Shown here piece after piece: positions 1-9,429 of a stretch of 64,000 nucleotides of DNA. Every line of letters begins with the position of its first letter. Position 1 is the stretch's first letter. Location of the stretch: NCBI GenBank assembly GCA_964016885.1, contig OZ024743.1, forward strand, positions 349,680,001 through 349,744,000. Direction: 5' to 3'. The notes beneath the pieces were generated by a model. That model was not told the origin of the DNA and did not search any database. It saw only the letters and a program-made list of their open reading frames with translations. The DNA comes from Eledone cirrhosa (Eukaryota). The translations under genes and the position numbers were made by a program.

Positions 1-1040
1 CCTTAGCACGTCGATACAATGTTTTCCCCACCGTTCAACGTTGGCGTTTCCTTAGGAAAGAGATAGAAATCACACGGAGCTGGATCTGGGCTGTATAGAA
101 CTTCTCTACTTGAAAGTGTTATGTGAGCAGGCGCGTTATAGTGGTATAGTGCTCAATCTCCTGCAATGTACTTTCAGACTCACTGAACGCGCCTTCGAAG
201 TAGTTCCAAGACATCTTTTCAGAAGTTGGGATTAACTGCCTATCCTGAGGGTAAACATACTTTTTGAATGATACCACGGCTATCGAAAAAACATGATAAT
301 CATCATTTTCACCCCGGATCTGATCATGCATGATTTCTTCGGACGAAGAGAATTTTTCGTGTGCCACTGCTCATTTTGTCGTTTTTACTCAGGATCATAC
401 ATTTCCTGTTATTACTTTATCCAAGAAATTTGACTCAATTTCGAGGCTTTCTAGCAAATCCTGAAAATGTTTCAACTGGTTCGCGTTCTGCTGCACAGAC
501 ATGTGTTTGGGCTCCAGTTTTGCTCAAATGTTTCGCATGGGTAAATAGTCTAGTAAAACTCTGTGAACTATATTTTATCCAACTCCGTTTCTTCTACAAT
601 CATTCTAAAACTTTATGGTGATCTTTCGCTATCACCGCTCGCACCAGTTTCCCATTTTGTTAATTTGTTGACGAGATTGTCCTTCCAGAGAGAGGTTAGT
701 TTTCAACATTTTCTCCACCCTCTTTGAAAGTTTTGTACCACTTAAAACAATCTTACATCTCAATAGATTGGCATTTCCATAAGCTACTGTCAAAGAACTA
801 AATGTTTCGGTGGTAGATTTGTTGAGTTTTACACAAACTTTAATCACAAACATAGCAGACGTTACAGGCATGTCTGTTTACAGCAAAAATTCACCTCTGA
901 CGCAATTGATCATGTTGAAACAAGTATGTACGTGCAGCCATGGTCATAACCAACACACATATGTACACCAACAGGGTGGTGAGTTACAATATCGTACACA
1001 GGAAAATCGGAACCCTTACTTATCGGGAAAAAATCTCGTA
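1..1040 (-). mobile_element. Degenerate Tc1/mariner DNA transposon (transposase pseudogene plus one terminal repeat), running off the window start
   Basis: Minus-strand translation gives an HTH-like N-terminus IKVCVKLNKSTTETFSSLTVAYGNA (ORF 632..871), DPE*KRQNEQWHTKNSSRPKK, and YSPDPAPCDFYLFPK (~50-95), matching the mariner YSPDLAP motif. The terminus TACGAGATTTTTTCCCGATAAGTAAGG abuts TA at ~1040. Several stops and frameshifts. Confidence 0.85.
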
Positions 1041-1049
1041 TATACATAT

Positions 1050-1173
<124 letters not shown>

Positions 1174-1301
1174 CAAAGAGATATTTAATTCTTTGGTTAT
1201 TGAACAAATTTATTTATAACATATTCGAAGCACTCTACAGTTTTTTTTAGTATAATATCAATGAAATTAATAAATGCAAACTATATTTATAAAACCATAT
1301 T

Positions 1302-1360
1302 TATTTTATTATATATATTTCAAGGGTACTAATTTTGGTACGCACTCATCAGATAAAATA
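1302..1360 (-). ncRNA. Minimal type I hammerhead ribozyme motif, copy A (PLE terminal repeat)
   Basis: Minus strand: tattttat-CTGATGA-gtgcgtacc aaaatt agtaccctt-GAAA-tatata-TA-ataaaata. Stem I is a perfect 8 bp, the core is intact, stem III is palindromic, and stem II is partly mismatched. Confidence 0.7.
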
Positions 1361-1469
1361 CAAAATTTGTTTTATAAATTGTGACATACCCAAGAAACCT
1401 GACTTTATCGGTTTAGGTTCAGTTGGGACATTAAATTAAAACATAAGAAAATAGTTATACAAATAGATA

Positions 1470-2042
1470 TTGCTAATTACTACTCCTCAATTACCCCTAA
1501 CTTACTTAATAAGTCACTTGTTTATGCTTCAAAATATACGGAATTATCATTTTAATCGCACGCAATACCCTAATTGAATTTAATAACTATCTCTGGACAA
1601 GGGCTGACATACAGAACAATTTGGACATCAAAATGGGATCATCTGACTCAGCTCAAGTAACAGATCTCGTTGGAATATTTATTCTTAATGTACTACATAG
1701 AAAAATACCAGAGATGGCCGGAGGTTTATATCGCGACGATATGTTACTTATAGTCGAACACCATAGTAATAGTGAAGTTAATAGGAAAAAGAAATCTACC
1801 ATAGAATTTTTCAATAATTACAACTTTAAATTAGAAATTGAGAATAATAATAAAACTGTTTACTTCTTAGATGTAACTTTAAACCTTAGCTCAGTTCTGT
1901 ATCACCCTTTCCATAAGATTAATGAAAACCTAAACTACGCAAGCTTCCATTCTAACCATCCTAGAAATGTAAAAAATACTATTGTCAATAGTGTCCAGCA
2001 ACGAATTTCACGCATTTCAGCTAATAAAAATATTTTTGATAA
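1470..2042 (+). mobile_element. Penelope-like element reverse transcriptase fragment (5'- and 3'-truncated)
   Basis: ORF 1621..2145: DIKMGSSDSAQVTDLVG...GGLYRDDML...VYFLDVTLNL...PFHKINENLNYASFHSNHP. Clearly homologous to the RT at 14798..15799. Homology stops at ~2042, where another repeat begins. Confidence 0.85.
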
Positions 2043-2570
2043 ACTGACAAAGCTCTGTTTTGTGCTTTTTGGTACTTATCAAAGTTCACCACTCCTCCTG
2101 TTTGCTGAAAATTATGTGTGTTGGATTCTTATAAAATTCCAGTAATAATCAGGAACTGATTATACAGAGCGGTCGCCGGTCCAGCAGAAATTGAAAATTA
2201 GAATTGGTGCTCTGAAATAGCGATATATTTATACATGAATGTATATATAGTGTATTTTGCAATACACTGTATGCTTAATAAAAAGCATTTTGAAGACCAC
2301 ACGCTATTGTTTTAAAATAGTGACAATGTCACTTATTTAAATTTTCTGCAAAGAGGGGCAGATAAACTGAAAAAGCTCTGTTTCGTACTTTTTGGTACTT
2401 ATCAAAGGTCACCACTCCTCCTGTTTGCTGAAAATTATGTGTGTTGGATTTTTATAGAATTCCAGTAATAATCAGGAACTGATTATACAGAGCGGTCCCC
2501 GGTCCAGCAGAAATTGAAAATTAGAATTGGTACTCTGAAATAGCGATATATATATAAGAATGTATATATA
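2041..2570. repeat. Partial tandem duplication: ~210 bp repeated with a ~324 bp period
   Basis: aaactga(c/a)aaagctctgttt...ctctgaaatagcgatatat at ~2041-2250 and ~2364-2570. Confidence 0.9.
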
Positions 2571-2705
2571 GAATCCAACACACATAATCCCGTTAAGGGT
2601 GAAAGCAGCGATTCTTTGCTTAAACTTAAATCTGTTATTTATATATATATTTATATATATATATATATATATATATGTACTAAAATTTATATATATATAT
2701 ATATA

Positions 2706-3550
2706 AATTTTAGTACAGCATTAACGAAGCTTTAGATTGCGGCCAAGCTAACGAATGCAAATTCGGTATGTAGCTTTAGCACTCGGATGGGTAAAAAGTA
2801 CCACAGAGTAATAACAATACGTTTAGACAGCTTAGCAAATCAAGTATAGCGATCGGCAGTCCAGCCACATCACCAGAGCAACGAAAATACAGGACTCAGG
2901 AAAAGATTTTAGACTGACCGAGACAAAACGGTGAGACTGAATGCAAAATATATAATGTATATCGTATAGCACACGATATACATCACATACAGCACACAAC
3001 ATCAGCGCTAGGTTTCTGCAAATCCAGGATCGACAAATTCCGCTTGCAGGGGTCTGCAAGTTAATGGTTTTTGACGACAGAACAAAGGATTTCCTTCTTC
3101 AGCAAGTCTTGTGTTATTTAGCCTCTGCGGGTATGTTCTAGCATTAAATTTCGCTATAGACACGTGGTTTTCTCCAAGGGAGGTAACCCCCGCTTTGGCG
3201 GTGAATTCCAATTTGAGACAAAGGAATGAATTCCTTTAGACAAACCGAATTAAGCACTCAACCAGAAGTTATCAAAGAAACATAAACAATTAATCAATCA
3301 ATAGAATCGTCTAATTAAATTAATCAGTTAATCGTTATCTAGGAGTAAAATACAAATTTTAGTATAGCATTAACGAAGCTTTAGATTGCGGCCAAGCTAA
3401 CGAATGCAAAATCGGTATGTAGCTTTAGCACTCGGATGGGTAAAAGTACCCCAGAGTAATAACAATACGTTTAGACAGCTTAGCAAATCAAATATAGCGA
3501 TCGGCAATCCAGCTGCATCACCAGAGCAACGAAAATGCAGGACTCAGGAA
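2706..3550. repeat. (TA)n-flanked element with ~200 bp terminal direct repeats (1.3-mer of a ~650 bp unit)
   Basis: aaattttagta(c/t)agcattaacgaagctttagattgcggcc...caggactcaggaaa at ~2706-2903 and ~3354-3551. TA tracts on both sides. Confidence 0.85.
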
Positions 3551-3844
3551 ATATATATATATGAACAGACCTAGCTCTCAAAACGGCCGGAGTTCAGCCG
3601 TCAGGGTCCTGACTCTTTTCCTATTACCCACTATACTACCCAGTATCGAGTATTTTGGTGCGTTATGGTCGACCAGATTGAGCCTCGAACTGATCAATAA
3701 ATTTAATGAAGATTTAGCACCTAGTCCATTTATTATTTGTAGTACACTCTTCTTAGTACAACACAAATATACCCACTGGAAACTACGCATCGAGTATCCA
3801 CTTTGATGAACCTACAGTAACTGGACGTAACAATCCCTAAATAC

Positions 3845-3882
<38 letters not shown>

Positions 3883-3923
3883 CGATATTAAACAAATGGA
3901 AACTATATTTATAAAACCGGATT

Positions 3924-3989
3924 TATTTCGTTATATATATTTCTAGGATATCATATTAAAAATATGGTATGCCTTCCTCAGACAAAATA
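3924..3989 (-). ncRNA. Minimal type I hammerhead ribozyme motif, copy B
   Basis: Minus strand: tattttgt-CTGAGGA-aggcataccatat tttta atatgatatccta-GAAA-tatata-TA-acgaaata. Stem I shows a compensatory change relative to copy A. The first stem II pair is A.A, so this copy is probably impaired. Confidence 0.62.
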
Positions 3990-4167
3990 CAATACATAAG
4001 CTGTTTCATAAATAATTTTGACATACCTGTTGAGTGCTTTTATATCAGTTATAAAATATTTACTCGTTGTAACCCAACAATTTTAAATATAACTTTTGCA
4101 TATATATATATATATATATATATTAATTCAAAATATTAACAAAAATAGACATTCGTGTGATCAAGTA

Positions 4168-4234
4168 TATTTTACTATGCATATTTCAGAGGTACTGAGC
4201 TATCTTCAACAGTACGTCCTCATCAGATAAAATA
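4168..4234 (-). ncRNA. Minimal type I hammerhead ribozyme motif, copy C (best preserved)
   Basis: Minus strand: tattttat-CTGATGA-ggacgtactg ttgaagatagct cagtacctct-GAAA-tatgca-TA-gtaaaata. Stem I is 8 bp, stem II is 9 of 10 paired with one C.C mismatch, and stem III is palindromic. Lies just downstream of a PLE 3' coding remnant. Confidence 0.78.
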
Positions 4235-4239
4235 AGATG

Positions 4240-6100
4240 ATGCATGACATACCCTGACTAAGTAGATGGTTAAAATTCAGTCATGGCAGTGAATAAGATA
4301 TGACAAAACTCAATATTTATATACCTTAAGATTGAGACATGAACAAATTACATATAATACAGAGGGTGCGTGTGAGAAAGCTTATAAAGATACATAATTA
4401 TAAACAACTACTAATATAATATAAACTTACATAACTGTTAGAGATTCAAATAATTAAAATTATTGATGAAAGAAGTGAAAGACAGAGAGAGAAACAGATG
4501 AGGAAAAAGAGAGTTACTAGAAGTATAAAAATATCTTATGCACGACAGCAAAAGAAATTTGATTAAGGATAGAGAGACGAGGATAAAATAATTTTTTTAG
4601 TATAAAGCATAGGAGGGAGATTTGTATTGTCGTGGATAAATAGCGTATAATTAGATGATGCAAAAATATATATATAAATAAATATATATGTGGGCATAGC
4701 TTTGTGAATGAATAATTTCGAATCGTTAAATTATCTAGAAATAATCAATCAATCAAAATATCAAATATATCTGGGGTTTATATATGAGGGTTTATTTTCG
4801 AGTCCTTAAGTTAATTAGAAATAGACTATTAATCAATTATATATATCCCAACGCATCCGGATGACCGTTAAATTTCGAATCTTTATGTTAGTTCAAAATA
4901 GTGAATTAATCTAAAGGCATATTATTTCAGGCTATACAATTTATAAGTATTTATATTATAGTATAATATCATATTTAAAGTATTTGCAAACAAGAGAAAG
5001 AAGAGACTTAATATTTTCTTCATCCCGAAGGTAATCCAAATTAAATTATATTAAACAAATGTTATATTAAAGAGATTTCATATTAAAAAATAATCATTAT
5101 ATAATTTAGAAAGTAATTACAATTATAACTTTAAAAATTTATAATTAAAAATTAGAATGCCCTTAAGTATCCAAAGGCCTTATAATTATACTTAAAAAGG
5201 ATATTATAAAACTAGATATAGGCATTTGTCTAAATTTATACAAAGAGTACATTGTTTAAAGTTTAAGACGATATTAGTCAGTTATATAATAAATAATTTA
5301 CTGTTAATAGTGTTAAAAATAAGGTTTTACGTCAATTATTATATTTAAAAAAATTATTCAACTAGGATCATGTAATACAAATCAAACTTCATGAATCATA
5401 AAGCATAAAACACAGATTCAAAATAAATAAATGATTGGTTTGCGATCCTATAAGTGTCAATATATAAGCTATATAATTTAAAAATACAAGAAAATGTTTA
5501 AGGATCTATATTATAGTATAATATCTTATTTAAAGTGTCTGTATACATGAGAAAGAAAAGACTTAAGATTTTCATCAACCCGAAGGTAATCCAAATTTAA
5601 TTATATTAAAAAAAAGTTAAATTAAAAGATAATCATTATATAATTTAGAAAATATTTAACAATTATAACACTAGAATGTCCTTAAGTATCCAAGGCACTT
5701 ATAAATGTACCTAAACGGATGTTATTAAACTAGATATACACATTTGTCTAAATACATACAGAATTTAAAGCTTAAGACGATATTAGTGAATTATATACAT
5801 ATAATAAATAATAAATACAATTATGTTAATAATGTTATAATTGAAGTTTTACATAAAGTTAAGTGGAAAAAGTTTGTCGACGAGGATCGTGTACGACACA
5901 TATACCATAAATATATAAATCAAACATCTTGAATCTTAAATAAATGAATAGTTTACGATTCCTTATAATTGTCAAACATATAAGCTATATATTTTAAAAA
6001 ATACAATAAACCCCGAAAAAATTAAATGTATTTAAACAATCAAATGATATGCATACTCATCAAAAGATCATGTTAACAGACTATATGTTTATATATAACC
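4240..6100 (-). mobile_element. Highly decayed Penelope-like element 3' region with an internal ~540 bp tandem duplication
   Basis: Minus-strand remnants NII*FGLPSG (cf. PLE NIIWFNPPF) at ~5050 and ~5605, and LCFILKKL / CCRA-HK-like remnants of the PLE C-terminus at ~4535-4610. Duplicated blocks at ~4930-5490 and ~5460-6000. Confidence 0.5.
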
Positions 6101-6312
6101 CTTAATCCAACATTAATCATATCGTAAATAAATAAAAATTATTAGAAGGTTTTATAATCTGTTATAGTATCGTTTTACGCACTCAGTTGATAAGAAACGT
6201 CAAAAATTAAAACTTATTTATTCAATGTTTTTTCCTGACTTTTTTTGTGAGGTTTGGAATGTAGAAGAAGCTTTATGCAGGCAATTTGAGAATAATCCAC
6301 TTTTTTTGTTGC

Positions 6313-7530
6313 CATGGTGGCTGCCAACTCGTTTTCGAGTACGGCCACTACTTTATATCCATGTAGGAGAACCCATACCGATGCGCTGAACGAGTGTGAC
6401 TTTTTGGTCCAGCCAGCGACTTGAAAATTCTCGTTGGTACAAACACTACACTTGTGACAATTATTGACACATAGTGCTGGGCCCATGGTGCCATGTGACG
6501 ACAAGTGCAGAGAGATCTCCAGATATAAAGCAATGCCTGTGCCGTGAAGCTTTTATAGTGAGCAAAGGCACTGCACAAAGCCAGTCCCACTCTCTTAACC
6601 AAGATGATATTTATCAAAAAGAAGAACAAGTCAACATCATTGGATACCATCAGGGTTGCAGGTGTTATATCAGAGTTTTCCTTCTCCTAGAATTCTGCCT
6701 TGACAAAGGCTAAGAGGTCATCTCTCCCGGTGATTTTGGATGGCCATTGGCTCTTAAGAGCTCTTTGCCCTTTGACAGGTTTTGTTTTTAGTCCTGAAGG
6801 ATGTCCAAAGTCACCCTCCTCACCGAGAAACCTTGGTGGGGTTGCCAGTTTAGTCGCCAACGACCCGACCATGGGACATGTTGTACTGGGATACATGTTA
6901 CCAGTAGCACAAACTGGTGACCTGACATACATACATACATACATGGTGGCTGCCAACTCGTTTTCGAGTACGGCCACTACTTTATATCCATGTAGGAGAA
7001 CCCCTACCGATGCGCTGAACGAGTGTACTTCTTAGTCCAGCCAGCGACTTGAAAACTCTGGTACAAACACTACACTTGTGACAATTATTGACACATAGTG
7101 CTGGTACCATGTGAGGACAAGTGCAGAGAGATCTCCAGATATAAAGCAATGCCTGTGCCGTGAAGCTTTTATAGTGAGCAAAGGCACTGCACAAAGCCAG
7201 TCCCACTCTCTTAACCAAGATGATATTTACCAAAAAGAAGAACAAGTCAACATCATTGGATACCATCAGGGTTGCAGGTGTTATATCAGAGTTTTCCTTC
7301 TCCTAGAATTCTGCCTTGACAAAGGCTAAGGGGTCATCTCTCCCGGTGATTTTGGATGGCCATTGACTCTTAAGAGCTCCTTTGCCCTTTGACAGGTTTT
7401 GTTTTTAGTCCTGCAGGATGTCCAAAGTAACCCTCCTCACCAAGAAACCTTGGTGGGGTTGCCAGTTTAGTCGCCAACGTCCCGACCATGAGACAGGTTG
7501 TACTGGGATACATGTTACCAGTAGCACCAA
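6313..7530. repeat. Near-complete tandem duplication of a ~630 bp unit ending at a (CATA)n/(TA)n tract; probably retroelement-derived
   Basis: catggtggctgccaactcgttttcgagtacggcc...gttaccagtagcac at ~6313-6911 and ~6942-7528, with (CATA)n between and after the copies. The duplicated ORFs 6348..6650 and 6982..7266 confirm it. Confidence 0.85.
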
Positions 7531-7558
7531 CACATACATACATACATACATACATACA

Positions 7559-7654
<96 letters not shown>

Positions 7655-7899
7655 GTTGAAAAGGTAACACACCAGAGAGAGATATACAGTGCGTTATCAA
7701 TAAAACAGGGGAAAAAACCCACCAGTGTATGGAATCTATAAGCTAGGAAAGGCAGACTATAGACACGATAATTAAAAATATAAATTAAAGCGTAAATAAA
7801 TACCTCTATAACTATATAACACACGTACAAATCCAAAGACACTAATCCAAAGATATGTTTCACCAATAATTTGTTGAAAGAAATGGGTTAGCCTCAGTT

Positions 7900-8360
7900 C
7901 ATCAGCGTGTGTTTCTCTCACCTTCTTTCGCCCCCTCTGTCAGTTACACTTTCTCTCGACTGACCGTTTCCTCGCACTTCCAGTCACTCACTCTCTGTTT
8001 CTCCCCTTCTCACTTCCTCCCGTTTGGCTAACAGTGGGTCTCTTCTTGCTTACATCCCACTCACGCTGGACGTGTCTGTACATTTCGCTCATGAAATCCA
8101 CCCAGTTTATGCTGACCAGGATTACCATGATGCTTGTTTATTTCCTTTCTTTGGTTTGCTTTTATCCTTCTATGTTGTTCACTTGTCCTCCTCGCTTTAC
8201 GCGATTTACTGGTCCCAATAACTTATTTTAGTTATTGCTCGCACCAACCTGAGGTATATTTAATGCGATGAAATACCAATGATGGTTGGAAAATCACTGA
8301 CGAAGGACTATTTTTATCATATGTAACCTATGTGCAACCACGCAGTATTCTTCTTTCTTC
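7900..8360 (+). repeat. Diverged copy of the repeat family at 45718-46814 (opposite strand)
   Basis: ...gtcccaataacttattttagttattgctcgcaccaacctgagg...ggttggaaaatcactgacgaaggact aligns by eye with the reverse complement of 45740-46050. Confidence 0.7.
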
Positions 8361-8486
8361 TCATGTTTTATATTTATATATATATATATATATATATGTA
8401 GGAGGTGAGTTTTATTGTAGTACAATAAAGCAATGCAGATATCGGATAAGAAGCACTCTACAGTTTGTAGGACTGTTCTTATATAT

Positions 8487-8527
<41 letters not shown>

Positions 8528-8534
8528 ATGTATA

Positions 8535-8583
<49 letters not shown>

Positions 8584-8805
8584 GTAGTGACAGACGGAGA
8601 GATAGAGAGGGGGATAGAGATTCATATTAGGAGATATACGTTTATGCATACATGCATACATACATATTCGAGTGTGTGTTTGTGTGTGTGTGTGTATTAT
8701 TTTGTGTTACTTTGTTCTCTATACACGTTTTTCTACGTGCAGCAATTGTCGAAGTTAATGCTATTGGACATTGTTTACTGCCCTTCGAGGTTACTTTATT
8801 CATTG

Positions 8806-8864
8806 GTTGTTGTTGTTGTTGTCGTTGTTGTTGTTGTGGTTGTTGTTGTTGTTTATTGTTGTCG

Positions 8865-8899
<35 letters not shown>

Positions 8900-8936
8900 C
8901 TTCTTCTTCTTCTTCTTCTTCTTCTTCTTCTTCTTG
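8806..8936. repeat. Compound (GTT)n-(CTT)n trinucleotide microsatellite
   Basis: Seen directly. Confidence 0.95.
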
Positions 8937-9239
8937 CATCTCCTCGCTTCACCATTTCCACATCTCTGAGTTTGCACGTAACTATCTTTCGACCTTATCT
9001 TTTGTCATACAATGCATTTTATTGCAACACATGCATTTTCTGATAGCGGCTGAACCAAGGACAACCTTTTCAATTTTCCTTTTCAAAGTCAAAACTTTAT
9101 CAAACATTCAGTATTTGCATGTTCAGAATTTATGTTTATAGACTGCCCACCGAACCTGTATAATCGATAAACTACTTTTAAAGCTATATAGATAGACGAA
9201 TATGTGTGTTCATGTGTACACTCTCTCTCAAACAGACAC

Positions 9240-9298
<59 letters not shown>

Positions 9299-9334
9299 AG
9301 TGTGGTGGAAGTATATGTATTTGCATGTATATAA

Positions 9335-9429
<95 letters not shown>

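Noticed and set aside
7850-7912. Minus-strand CTGATGA...GAAAC as a hammerhead
   Set aside because: Stem III (c-atat-c) and stem I do not pair.
8244-8303. SECIS element or box C/D snoRNA
   Set aside because: The bulge is on the 3' strand, opposite to SECIS geometry, and no upstream box C is present. Kept only as a k-turn-like motif.
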